From the sequence record PQ724394.1: a stretch of 64,000 bases of DNA; one strand, written 5' to 3'. Shown here one piece after another: positions 28,940 through 38,431 of this stretch (positions within the stretch are counted from its first letter, which is position 1; each line of letters begins with the position of its first letter). The stretch is from a phage. Under the pieces are notes generated by a model, which did no database searches, was not told the DNA's origin, and saw only the letters and a program-made list of their open reading frames with translations. Made by a program: the position numbers and the translations under genes.

Positions 28940-29216
28940 AGGAAATAACTCCTTGGTAGTCCCAAGTTTTGATAACTTCGTCTTCATTAGTTCCATACGG
29001 GATGTAAATCTGGATAAGGAACCCAGTATCATCAAAAGAGAAGTAGACAGTAGGTTTAATACCATGAATCTCTGAAAGAGCATAGATGTCCTTGAGGTCA
29101 TCTTCCTTATCTTTAAAGAATTCTGGGTTCAGGTCACAGTCATGGAAGTACCATTCTTGGCCAAACTTGTCCCAAGCGCCCCAATCAGTAGCTACATACT
29201 CTTCAAAACGTTTCAT
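28920..29216 (-). CDS. hypothetical protein (98 aa)
   Basis: ORF. Confidence 0.4.
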   Translation of the reverse strand: MKRFEEYVATDWGAWDKFGQEWYFHDCDLNPEFFKDKEDDLKDIYALSEIHGIKPTVYFSFDDTGFLIQIYIPYGTNEDEVIKTWDYQGVISCGPKVN

Positions 29217-29440
29217 TCTTTCACCTTCATCATTTTAGAAATAACACTATGAACAGACTGGATTCGTTTTTCGAACTCAGAATCTTCAAGACCCTTTTCA
29301 GTACTCAGCGCACCAATCATCACAAACAGCAATCCAAATGGGATAACCAGGATTAAAAGGCACACAATAAACAGGACAAATGTAATATTGGCCAGGATAT
29401 CAGAAGCAGCATTACGAAATTTATTCATACGATAGTCCAT
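29213..29440 (-). CDS. hypothetical membrane protein (75 aa)
   Basis: ORF with hydrophobic helix. Confidence 0.4.
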   Translation of the reverse strand: MDYRMNKFRNAASDILANITFVLFIVCLLILVIPFGLLFVMIGALSTEKGLEDSEFEKRIQSVHSVISKMMKVKE

Positions 29441-29534
29441 GTATTAGTTACAACAAATAACCATTGGGCAGGATACTCAACACCCATGCGCCGGATAATA
29501 TCATTCATAGATTCGGTTAAGGCATAAAAATTAA

Positions 29535-30008
29535 TCATTTAAGCGATTTCCTCAGTTGTTTTTTAAATGAATCGACCATTTGTTTCTTTGTGTCAGATTC
29601 ATTATAAGCCATTCCGTGTGAAAGCATTTCAGCAATCATTTCTTCCTTACCTAATCTACTGAACTCTTTGGTTTTATCAGGAACGAAATTAGGATGGATA
29701 TTGTTTTCAGTATAATCAGATTTCAGATAGACCAGCAAATTCTCTAACCATTCGAGGTAGTCAACATTTTGACCTTTAAGACCAGAACGGTTGAACTTAT
29801 GCTTCATTTGTCCTTCTGCAGCATTGCACAGGTTACATAGTAAACCACGAACCTTACCGGCTTTTGGCCCATTCAATTCATGGTCGTGGTCAAGGTGGTT
29901 ACTTTGAACATCAGGGTTTAATTCACGTTTACAAATCAAACACTTACCATGTTGTGCATCATAAAGTTTTTGTTTTTCTTCTTTGTATAGTTTGCCAGTC
30001 AACAACAT
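29535..30008 (-). CDS. 49: endonuclease VII (Holliday junction resolvase)
   Basis: 157 aa; about 90 percent identical to T4 endo VII as recalled (MLLTGKLYKEEKQK...CNLCNAAEGQMKHKF). Confidence 0.95.
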   Translation of the reverse strand: MLLTGKLYKEEKQKLYDAQHGKCLICKRELNPDVQSNHLDHDHELNGPKAGKVRGLLCNLCNAAEGQMKHKFNRSGLKGQNVDYLEWLENLLVYLKSDYTENNIHPNFVPDKTKEFSRLGKEEMIAEMLSHGMAYNESDTKKQMVDSFKKQLRKSLK

Positions 30009-30509
30009 AATAAACCCTTACCATTATTAGATAAGGGTATTTATTAAACGTTATAAAATGAGCGATGCAACCGTTTAAATTGACGAATCATCTTTTTGGT
30101 AGGACGGGTGTATAATCCTACACAAGTGGCCATAAACTGGTCAGTAGGACTTCCTTTGATAAGAAGTTTCCATACCTTGTCACCATTTAACTTTTCAGTA
30201 TAGACTAATACAGTTTTCATCAGAACGCCTTATCAGCAAAGCGGAGTTGAGCTTCAAGCCAATGGATATAATCGGCTGCGGCTTTAATTAAATCAGACTC
30301 TAGGTCAGGTAAAGAACCCGAATCCGATAACTCGTAAAGCGAATGTTCAATCAGACGGCCTTTATGACGGCCAACTTCAATTTTGGTACTCATATCCAAA
30401 CTCCATATCGATTAAATCATTGTTTGAAGGTTCATTATACTCTATTTCGGAATCGTTGTAAACTGGTTCCTCTGGCTCGGTAGTTTCCCACCGAGCGACA
30501 TACCATGGC

Positions 30510-30818
30510 TTAACGGTCACGCCACCAACTACTTACTTCAAAATCAGGCTCGCCGTTTTCCCAATACCAAGGGCCAACCGGGTGCCAATCACCATGCTCA
30601 TCTTCTTCAAATTCTTCGGATTCGAGCCCGACGTATTGCCATTGGACTTCATAAGCAATGCCGCCGATTACAACGGTGTTCTCGCCGTATGGGTGAGCTA
30701 CAACAAAGTCAATACCTTCTGCTTTAGCCAACCAAACCATATATTCATATAGTTTATATTCTAGGTCGTCTTCGGTGCCATCACCTAGAAAAATGGTTTG
30801 TTCATTTAATTCAATCAT
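30510..30818 (-). CDS. hypothetical acidic protein (102 aa)
   Basis: ORF. Confidence 0.4.
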   Translation of the reverse strand: MIELNEQTIFLGDGTEDDLEYKLYEYMVWLAKAEGIDFVVAHPYGENTVVIGGIAYEVQWQYVGLESEEFEEDEHGDWHPVGPWYWENGEPDFEVSSWWRDR

Positions 30819-30972
30819 TTAAAGTTCCAGAATGAAGCCCCAACTAGAAATAAAGGCCAACAAATCATAGACGTCAACCACCAACAAAAATCACCGGAAT
30901 CATCCAATTTAGCTAGGGTCTTAGCATAACCAATGCCGATGATAAGATACAAAACACCCAACAATAATTCAA

Positions 30973-31236
30973 TCATTTGAAATATGCTCGCAGTTGGTCA
31001 AAGCCACCAATAGAAGTTCCATCAGGAGCAAATACCTGAGGCATAGTCAAACCTACTTGAGATTCACGTCCAAGAGCAGCCAGGAGTTCAGCAATCTTCT
31101 CATCATCAAATACACCTTTTTCCGGCATCACGTTAATGAATTCGTAAGGTTGTTTCTTAACATCAAGCAGACGTTTAGCATTATCACAGAAAACACAACG
31201 GTGAATATTTGAATCGTAACCATAAACTTTAAACAT
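30973..31236 (-). CDS. nrdC: thioredoxin/glutaredoxin NrdC
   Basis: 87 aa; MFKVYGYDSNIH.CV.CDNAKRLL nearly identical to T4 NrdC. Confidence 0.9.
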   Translation of the reverse strand: MFKVYGYDSNIHRCVFCDNAKRLLDVKKQPYEFINVMPEKGVFDDEKIAELLAALGRESQVGLTMPQVFAPDGTSIGGFDQLRAYFK

Positions 31237-31237
31237 T

Positions 31238-31474
31238 TTAAATTCCTAATACTTGTTTGAATGCTTCAGAACGGTCAAGTTCTGTTCCGTATTTTTCGAG
31301 GTGTTCGTATTTTAAATCATACACATCAGATAGTATATTATTATACGAACGAGTTAAAGCAGATTTCAATACTGAATAACTGTCCGGAAATTTACCATGC
31401 TCTTTATAATAAGCCAGAGTAAGTTCGCGGACTGCCTTATCGGCAGCCTCTACATATTCTTTACGCTTTGCCAT
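31238..31474 (-). CDS. hypothetical protein (78 aa)
   Basis: ORF; start placed at internal Met to minimise overlap. Confidence 0.4.
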   Translation of the reverse strand: MAKRKEYVEAADKAVRELTLAYYKEHGKFPDSYSVLKSALTRSYNNILSDVYDLKYEHLEKYGTELDRSEAFKQVLGI

Positions 31475-31772
31475 TTTCGTCTCGCTCAAATTTGTGTTTG
31501 CAATGGCGGCATTTATATCGAAGATTACTGGTTTGCCAATGGACCAATTGAACCTGTTCTGTGCCACACTTAGGACAGTTAGGAACATTCTTAGAAGCTT
31601 GTTCTCGTCGTGCGACCATAGCCATTACTGCATCCCAATTAACGGCATCACCATAATCATCACAACCATGAATTTTACCAACCAATTCAACTTCAACATC
31701 CTCGGCTTTAATAAATTTCAATAAACCGGTATTAGATGCTGAAGCAATATCTTCAGCTAAACGTTGTTTCAT
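31461..31772 (-). CDS. zinc-ribbon protein (103 aa)
   Basis: CPKCG...CRHCKHKF four-Cys ribbon. Confidence 0.45.
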   Translation of the reverse strand: MKQRLAEDIASASNTGLLKFIKAEDVEVELVGKIHGCDDYGDAVNWDAVMAMVARREQASKNVPNCPKCGTEQVQLVHWQTSNLRYKCRHCKHKFERDENGKA

Positions 31773-32779
31773 TTCAACAGCTCCAGAGCCTGTTCAAGAC
31801 GGTCTAAACGATTGGTAGACTCTTCCCAAAGTTTCTTGGCAGCGGTATATTGGCCAGTCAGTTTTTTGTTAATAGCCAAGGCATCTTTATACGCTTTTTC
31901 TAAGGCAACGATTTCCGGTAACTTGGATTTAGTAATTGGTGTATGGGCCATGATAGGGCTGTTCAAGTCGTTAATCAAGTCTTCTAATGTAGCAGGCTCT
32001 TTATCAGTATTCACAATTTCCTCACATTTTTCTTGGTAAATTTCAGCGTCAGTTTTTGGAACAGGCCATTTGATTTCGCGAACTGTTACTAAAACTTCAT
32101 ATCCTTTCCAGCCTAAGTGGTGTTTAACTTCTTGGGTCTCATATTTCTCTACTGTATCCATCAAAGCTAAGGCTTGTTCGATAGTATTCAAGGTATCGTA
32201 AGCAATATCTTGATACTTTACAACTTCCGCATCATCTTTAGGTTTCCAACTAGGTGACCAAATAACAGAAATAATAGCTTTTCCTTTATAACTATTTGTT
32301 TTAATCATGCAATTAGCCATCGGGTGAATAGTACGACAATCACCGGAAACTATAGTTTTAGAGGCCGCTTTGAGAATTAATGCAGAGTTAGCCTTGAATT
32401 CGCTAACCCAACGTTGCGGAAATAAACTACTAGGGTCCATACCTTTAATTTTGACATAATCTTTTATGGTATCACCAAACCATTTGTAGCTAACAACATG
32501 GTTAGAACCCGGATATTTCTCTTTACCGAACTCAGAAAGGATGTCCTTATTGACCAGTCGAGAAAGCAGTCGAGAACCTTTAAATGTATCTACGATATCA
32601 GGAATAAACAAACGACCCGCTATCTTTTCGATTTCAGCTTTGAAACAGCGCGATAATGCATCATCAATTTGGTCGACCCATTTATTGATATTAGAAACTA
32701 TTACCACATATGGGGTTAATGGAGGGGTTTTGTCAGTGATATACTTAGTAAAGGCATTAATGTATTCAGTACGGGTCAT
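31769..32779 (-). CDS. hypothetical protein (336 aa)
   Basis: Long ORF; start at ATG 32779 with GAGGAG RBS; early promoter cassette upstream. Confidence 0.55.
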   Translation of the reverse strand: MTRTEYINAFTKYITDKTPPLTPYVVIVSNINKWVDQIDDALSRCFKAEIEKIAGRLFIPDIVDTFKGSRLLSRLVNKDILSEFGKEKYPGSNHVVSYKWFGDTIKDYVKIKGMDPSSLFPQRWVSEFKANSALILKAASKTIVSGDCRTIHPMANCMIKTNSYKGKAIISVIWSPSWKPKDDAEVVKYQDIAYDTLNTIEQALALMDTVEKYETQEVKHHLGWKGYEVLVTVREIKWPVPKTDAEIYQEKCEEIVNTDKEPATLEDLINDLNSPIMAHTPITKSKLPEIVALEKAYKDALAINKKLTGQYTAAKKLWEESTNRLDRLEQALELLK

Positions 32780-32807
32780 GATATTCTCCTCAGTAGTTGA
32801 TAAAAGG

Positions 32808-32837
32808 ATTATACTCCATCCGTCCTTGGATGTAAAC
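32808..32837 (-). promoter_or_regulatory. early promoter (GTTTAC-N18-TATAAT)
   Basis: Upstream of 31769-32779. Confidence 0.6.
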
Positions 32838-32838
32838 A

Positions 32839-33744
32839 CTATTTTAGAGCTAATAGTGCCGCGCTGAGCTTGTCACGCTGGTTTTCCATATTCTTGATGC
32901 GGGTCAATACGTCTTGAATGCTCTTTTTCTCATCTTCAATCTGACCATTTAAACGGTGGATTGATTCCTGAATGCTATCTGCATAATAGGTCTCAATAGG
33001 TTTCATCGTAGGGTTAGTAACAACCAAAGAATTATCAGGTTTAATTTTCCAATGATACGGTTCGGAATTGAATGGACTAGGCACAGCAGTGGTTTTGAAT
33101 TTGTCATAGGCAGCATACTGGCCTACGCTGTCACATGATACTGTAGAGGTAGCGGTAGATATACGACGTTCCATTTGTGGGTCCTTTTGTTGGGATTGAT
33201 AAGGGGCATAAGATAAAAGATATTCGCGAGTTAGTTTAACATTAAAATACACTGCATCGGCTTGCCCTGAACAATCGGCATATTCATCGGTTGTAACTTT
33301 ATACGATTCTACCGCTTTAATACGATTTAATGCTTCTTTGAATAGGGTTTTGAATGCTTCACGAAGAGCCTTATTACCTTTTGAGGTAGGACGGAAACGA
33401 ACTTGAATACCGTCAGCCAGAATATTAATGACTAGGTTATGAGCCGTAAAATTAATATTCTTGATATTAACAGGAACCGTAGAAATACGTCCTGCAGTGG
33501 CCAAGAGGTCTTTGATATTAGCCCGCAATGTTGCACCAAACAGGTGGGCTGGGCACCGGCAATAATCGTTCAAAGAACTAATATAGGTCCCTTTACGTCC
33601 TACACCATAAGTATAATTACCATTACAAATATGACCAAAGTCGGCCAGCCGATCGATAGCGATACGACGAGTCGTATCGTGGTCGTATATAGAATATTCT
33701 TTACGTGTTTTAATGTTCATATTAAAGTCCAAATAATTTTTCAT
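32839..33744 (-). CDS. hypothetical protein (301 aa)
   Basis: Long ORF, C-terminal coiled coil. Confidence 0.55.
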   Translation of the reverse strand: MKNYLDFNMNIKTRKEYSIYDHDTTRRIAIDRLADFGHICNGNYTYGVGRKGTYISSLNDYCRCPAHLFGATLRANIKDLLATAGRISTVPVNIKNINFTAHNLVINILADGIQVRFRPTSKGNKALREAFKTLFKEALNRIKAVESYKVTTDEYADCSGQADAVYFNVKLTREYLLSYAPYQSQQKDPQMERRISTATSTVSCDSVGQYAAYDKFKTTAVPSPFNSEPYHWKIKPDNSLVVTNPTMKPIETYYADSIQESIHRLNGQIEDEKKSIQDVLTRIKNMENQRDKLSAALLALK

Positions 33745-33937
33745 AGAATTTAGCGAAAGGCCATGCGATACACATTATAATGCCCACTATCCAAAACATA
33801 GGCCATGCTAAAGTAGTGAATACTGCATCATACTCATCACCGGTTTCATACGGACTATCAAACTTATGGAGCAGTACAGTAGTAATGAATCCTATCACAA
33901 AATATCCAAAAATAGAACCAATAATTAAAGTAGTCAT
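33722..33937 (-). CDS. hypothetical membrane protein (71 aa)
   Basis: Two hydrophobic helices. Confidence 0.45.
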   Translation of the reverse strand: MTTLIIGSIFGYFVIGFITTVLLHKFDSPYETGDEYDAVFTTLAWPMFWIVGIIMCIAWPFAKFYEKLFGL

Positions 33938-34021
33938 ATTAACCTATAATGTTTGAGAAAATTAGCCACAGAACACCCGTGGCTACGATTACATATCCAA
34001 GAACAGCGAGCCATTCCATAA

Positions 34022-34867
34022 TTAATCCTTAAGAAGATTTAGGATATCGATATATTTCTGACGTTCAGCCTTAGCTTTGGCATTCAGACCAGAGAGTCGG
34101 AAAATCTCATCATCTTGTTGTTGGATTGTAACATTCAAGCAAGTAAGCAAATTGCTAAAATACTCAATCTGGGCTTGATGTTTCTCATTGCTGCGCACTG
34201 GTACAGGTTCCATTTTAGGAGCTTGTTCTGAATGCTCTTCAGCCAGGTCTTTAATTTTATAAAGTTTAATACGTTGACCTACTCCAGTTTCAGCATCACC
34301 AAAACTAAGAACACCGTGCTGTTCTAATTCAGACAGGGCTAATCGGAGATGGAACTTCCAGTTGTCATATTGACAACCACTAAAAGTTGAAATGGTATAC
34401 TCATTTTCATTTCCGGGGTGGTTAACAATATTAAAGATAATCCAATCGCCTGAACCATTGGTCTTAAAGGTCATTTGTTTATCAAGACCTTTTGCAAGGC
34501 GAGCGCCAAGAGCCAGTAGACGTCGTTGGTTGGCATGAAGGTCTTGAACAACTTCGTCAAATGACATCGCAGGGATTAAACGACCGTAGAGGTCGTAGCC
34601 TTTGTTATAATTTTTAAGAATAATTTTGGCATTAGCACGAGACAACATACCTGTTTTACGAAGAGTTTTCATGACTCGGTCTTCTAACGTAAACGAACCT
34701 TTAGTCTTGTCAAAGATTTTAGTGAAGTCATCTTTAACAGTACAAACATTGAACTTGTCCCACATCATATATAGGACCTTTTCAACCACTTCTTTAGAAC
34801 TAGGAATACGGCCAAATTTAACAACTTTTTTAACTTCAGAACGAATTTGATTAATTGCTTGTGACAT
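34022..34867 (-). CDS. hypothetical protein (281 aa)
   Basis: Long ORF; MotA-type promoter upstream. Confidence 0.55.
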   Translation of the reverse strand: MSQAINQIRSEVKKVVKFGRIPSSKEVVEKVLYMMWDKFNVCTVKDDFTKIFDKTKGSFTLEDRVMKTLRKTGMLSRANAKIILKNYNKGYDLYGRLIPAMSFDEVVQDLHANQRRLLALGARLAKGLDKQMTFKTNGSGDWIIFNIVNHPGNENEYTISTFSGCQYDNWKFHLRLALSELEQHGVLSFGDAETGVGQRIKLYKIKDLAEEHSEQAPKMEPVPVRSNEKHQAQIEYFSNLLTCLNVTIQQQDDEIFRLSGLNAKAKAERQKYIDILNLLKD

Positions 34868-34904
34868 AATAATTTCCTCAGTAAGTAATTAAGAACCTAG
34901 AACC

Positions 34905-34929
34905 ATTATACCATCCTTGGTATAAAGCG
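34905..34929 (-). promoter_or_regulatory. MotA-type middle promoter candidate
   Basis: GCTTTA box, 12-nt spacer, TATAAT; upstream of 34022-34867. Confidence 0.4.
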
Positions 34930-34930
34930 T

Positions 34931-35455
34931 TTATGCGAGAACCGTCTTTAAACGCTCTTCAAATTTCTGAAGCAGAGCTTGGCGTTCAGCTCGTTGTGAT
35001 TTGTACTGCTCGATACGACCTGAAGTGAGGGCGTACTGTTCGTTTACTGATTCCCGCATAAATTCAGGAATCTCTTTACAAGCTTTGATTTCGTCAAACT
35101 TATCAATAACTGCTTGTTGTTCAGCAATCAAGTTATCGAAATAAGCGATATCTGATTTAACGTTTGCCAGGTCAGATTCAGTAGGCATTAAACGTTTATT
35201 ACGCTCGGCTTGATAAGCTTGGTTGGTTTCACGACTCCAGTGAAGAGTACGTTTTTTGTTGGTGTTTTTATAGAGCTCTACAATACCAACTGAATCGATT
35301 ACAGCAATCCAGTTCCAACGGCTTTTGTAAATCTCTCCTCCAGATACGGTAATCTCATTACCACAAGCAACATCATTAAAGAACTTGCTTTGTTTTTCAG
35401 ATTTGAAATTACCATTGTTAAAATTAATCAGTGAAAAAATATCTTTAGCGTTCAT
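34931..35455 (-). CDS. hypothetical protein (174 aa)
   Basis: GGAGG RBS; early promoter cassette upstream. Confidence 0.5.
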   Translation of the reverse strand: MNAKDIFSLINFNNGNFKSEKQSKFFNDVACGNEITVSGGEIYKSRWNWIAVIDSVGIVELYKNTNKKRTLHWSRETNQAYQAERNKRLMPTESDLANVKSDIAYFDNLIAEQQAVIDKFDEIKACKEIPEFMRESVNEQYALTSGRIEQYKSQRAERQALLQKFEERLKTVLA

Positions 35456-35480
35456 GATAACCTCCAGTAGTTGATAGGTC

Positions 35481-35510
35481 TATAGTATCATTTCTACTGG
35501 AGATGTAAAC
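35481..35510 (-). promoter_or_regulatory. early promoter cassette
   Basis: Full conserved motif copy upstream of 34931-35455. Confidence 0.65.
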
Positions 35511-35512
35511 AA

Positions 35513-35854
35513 CTAATAAAAACTTTTTTCACCGGCTTGCCCACTAAACCATGCGGATTGGGTGTTCTCTTTCCGTTGGTGTTCAATACGAATACGGTAT
35601 TCGTTCCTGATGGCGTAGAGTTCATCCCTGAAGTCGCCTGCCAACTTAACCTGCTTACGGTCTAGATTTATTAAGGCTTGGGTCTTCGCTGCCAAGAGCA
35701 GTCTCCTGTAGTCTCCTTCTTCACAATCGGTTTTATAAACTCTATTGGTATATCCGTCGATAACTTCCTTATCATAGTCCTCGACGGACCGTTTCATGGC
35801 TTTGGAAAAAGTCTGACCTGCATTAAAAAGATTGTAAATAAATTGTTCGAACAT
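35513..35854 (-). CDS. hypothetical protein (113 aa)
   Basis: ORF. Confidence 0.45.
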   Translation of the reverse strand: MFEQFIYNLFNAGQTFSKAMKRSVEDYDKEVIDGYTNRVYKTDCEEGDYRRLLLAAKTQALINLDRKQVKLAGDFRDELYAIRNEYRIRIEHQRKENTQSAWFSGQAGEKSFY

Positions 35855-35864
35855 AATTTCACCT

Positions 35865-36845
35865 TTATTTCAGAAGTGTAACTTCAGCGATTTCGCTCCA
35901 GTCATTTTTATCGGTGGCAATGAAGTCCGCCAGATAAAGAGCCGTACGCAATGATACGTTACGAAGACGAGATACATTAGCCTTCATCCATGCTAAAGCT
36001 TGATAAGTCTCAGCATCAGTCAGACCTCGGTTTTGCATCATATCAGTGGACAGGATAACGTCTTCAACACGAACCATAATCTCTTCGTTCGAGTGAACTC
36101 CGAGGTCCAAGTAAACTGAACGAGATACTAAAGCCTGGAGGTGCGGAGCAAGTTTAGTACCACGTTCTAATTCACGGTCAATATCAACGTTGGTGATGAA
36201 CACGATGGTGCCTTCGTATTCGAATTCTTTATCGATATTTTTATCATCGAGATAAGAACTTGAAGTGCTCCAGCACACCTTACGTTTCTCTCCTGTATCC
36301 AACGCCGCTTTAAGAAGGTTCAGGATATCCATGTCAGAGAATACATCAACATCATCAATAAGAAGAACACTATTAGGGCCGCGGTTATTCCAAAGCTGCT
36401 CGTAAAGACCGATTCCACTAATCTTTCCGTTGATTGATTTATATTCGATAGTTTCATTTTCGTGGGCATTTTGTAATGCTTTATCCAAAGAGTATGTTTT
36501 ACCAATACCTGCGGCACCGGAGATGATAAGGGAACGAATTTTACCATCGATGATTCCGTTAGTCATCATGTTCATTACTTTAAAACGTTTGTTGATGCGG
36601 TGTTTCATTTCTTCGGCGGATTCAGTAATCACCGCAGGAGCTTCGGCACCTTCCATTTCGATGTCACATTTGAACACCCATACACCACGTTCAACACCAT
36701 CAATCTGTACAAATACCTTACCATCACCGAGATGAGCTTCGGATTCATGAATTTTATTAGGGAACCAGGTTTTACCTGAACTCATGAACGTACCAGAGAT
36801 TTCATTACCACGATAGATACCTTTGTTGATTTTGATAGTTAACAT
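35865..36845 (-). CDS. AAA+/P-loop ATPase
   Basis: 326 aa; Walker A GAAGIGKT, Walker B LLIDDVD, sensor FITN. Confidence 0.6.
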   Translation of the reverse strand: MLTIKINKGIYRGNEISGTFMSSGKTWFPNKIHESEAHLGDGKVFVQIDGVERGVWVFKCDIEMEGAEAPAVITESAEEMKHRINKRFKVMNMMTNGIIDGKIRSLIISGAAGIGKTYSLDKALQNAHENETIEYKSINGKISGIGLYEQLWNNRGPNSVLLIDDVDVFSDMDILNLLKAALDTGEKRKVCWSTSSSYLDDKNIDKEFEYEGTIVFITNVDIDRELERGTKLAPHLQALVSRSVYLDLGVHSNEEIMVRVEDVILSTDMMQNRGLTDAETYQALAWMKANVSRLRNVSLRTALYLADFIATDKNDWSEIAEVTLLK

Positions 36846-36881
36846 TTTATTCTCCGTTTAACTCAGTAGATTTGATAGGTC

Positions 36882-36911
36882 CATAATAACATGCTCTACG
36901 AGAGTGTAAAC
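36882..36911 (-). promoter_or_regulatory. early promoter (variant cassette)
   Basis: GTTTAC at 36906-36911, variant spacer; upstream of AAA ATPase gene. Confidence 0.5.
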
Positions 36912-36930
36912 TCTTTTTTGCACTAAACCC

Positions 36931-36953
36931 AAAAAAGGACCCCGAAGGGTCCT
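36931..36953 (-). terminator. intrinsic terminator
   Basis: GGACCC-TTCG-GGGTCC hairpin plus T6 run. Confidence 0.7.
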
Positions 36954-36961
36954 AAATTTAG

Positions 36962-37972
36962 TTAACGGTAATAAGAGTTGTGGTTGTCAAGGTACACCTC
37001 TTCGACGAACTTGTCCCAGAACTTCATGTCCACCTTCGCAGGCATACCATTCTTAGCTGCCTGGATGGCCAGAACTTCAACTAAATCGACAGTATCTTCA
37101 AGAAGTTCTTGAACTTCTTTAAATGGTAATTCACCAGCTTTAATCAGCTTAATGATAGAGGCTTCACGCAATGGGAATACCAAGTCACCAGTTTGGTAGA
37201 TTTCCATCAATTGGTACCCGGCACGATAAGCATGGCTCAGAGCTTTCCAGTCAATACCTTCATTGGCTTCAGCCTTACGAGCACGTTCGCCATATTCGGC
37301 ATCGAGTTTATTCAGAGATTGCTTAAGCTCGACCAATGACAAAGTAGTTTGGTACTTACGTCCGAGGACAGTATAGAACGTTTGAGGACCTGTTTTCTCA
37401 TGGTTATGAAATACCCATTCGCAAAACTCGTTTTCAGGGAGCCTGTGCTTGATATCTTCTACCTTAGTCCGACGTAAACGATCCGGAATGCCTTCTTGAT
37501 AATCAACCCATTGTTCAGGAATCTGGTTAACAATTGCCAGTACACCACGCAGTGCAGCCAATCGAGAACCTTTAACACCATATTTAGAGGCTTGCTTACG
37601 GACGTACCCTAAATAGGCTTTCATGTTAGTTGTATAGAAACGCGAACGGTTATCTTGGATAAATTTCCATACATCAGGTAAATCAGATTTAACCACTAGT
37701 TCAGGTGGAGTGTGGAGCATATCCAGAGCAACGGTTTCGCCTTCAGCAGCCAGTTTAAAGAAATATTTCAGACTGTAAAGCTCATGGTCAACATCATCTT
37801 TAGTGTTTTTGGAAGCAGTGTTATTCGTATTCAGGTTGGTATGGTTCATTGCCGTACCTAACAGAATATCACGCGGATGCGGAACAAAGATTTCTTTAAA
37901 ATCGACATCAGATTCCGGAGTACTTGTTCCATAAAGATGGCTACCGAAGTAGCCTTTCATAACTGTTCTCAT
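36962..37972 (-). CDS. polymerase-beta-superfamily nucleotidyltransferase-like protein
   Basis: GSHLYGTSTPESDVDF (G-S-x11-D-x-D) motif; ATG at 37972 overlaps upstream stop; hairpin terminator downstream. Confidence 0.55.
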   Translation of the reverse strand: MRTVMKGYFGSHLYGTSTPESDVDFKEIFVPHPRDILLGTAMNHTNLNTNNTASKNTKDDVDHELYSLKYFFKLAAEGETVALDMLHTPPELVVKSDLPDVWKFIQDNRSRFYTTNMKAYLGYVRKQASKYGVKGSRLAALRGVLAIVNQIPEQWVDYQEGIPDRLRRTKVEDIKHRLPENEFCEWVFHNHEKTGPQTFYTVLGRKYQTTLSLVELKQSLNKLDAEYGERARKAEANEGIDWKALSHAYRAGYQLMEIYQTGDLVFPLREASIIKLIKAGELPFKEVQELLEDTVDLVEVLAIQAAKNGMPAKVDMKFWDKFVEEVYLDNHNSYYR

Positions 37973-38421
37973 TCTTTGTTCTCGAAGTGAATTACAGGAC
38001 ACATCTTAGATTTACGAGCTTTAATGTATTGGACGACGATATTTTCTTTAATTTCCTTTCCTTCACGTTTAGCTTTAATTCGTTCCCATTCCTTTTCTTC
38101 TCTACGGGCATCATACCATGCATGTAAATTCATCGCACCGAATGCTAAACCGATGGATAGCGCAATAATAAGAGCTATTGCAGTCAACCCTAAAACAAAC
38201 CCGAGGCTCAACAGAACGGGAGTACTTAATACAAAGAAATGCTCTAATACACCAGCGCCTGCAACAGTTAATCCAAAAAGCGTACTACCTACAACAACAG
38301 CACAAGCAAAACAAGCCCAAATCATTTTCCAGAAATAAGCACACAAAGAGTGCGGTCGAGAATGACTGTCATAAAAACGGTCGTGTAATTTAACGTGCCA
38401 AGAGTTTGAATTGATAATCAT
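37969..38421 (-). CDS. hypothetical membrane protein (150 aa)
   Basis: Several hydrophobic helices. Confidence 0.5.
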   Translation of the reverse strand: MIINSNSWHVKLHDRFYDSHSRPHSLCAYFWKMIWACFACAVVVGSTLFGLTVAGAGVLEHFFVLSTPVLLSLGFVLGLTAIALIIALSIGLAFGAMNLHAWYDARREEKEWERIKAKREGKEIKENIVVQYIKARKSKMCPVIHFENKE

Positions 38422-38431
38422 AATATTTTCC

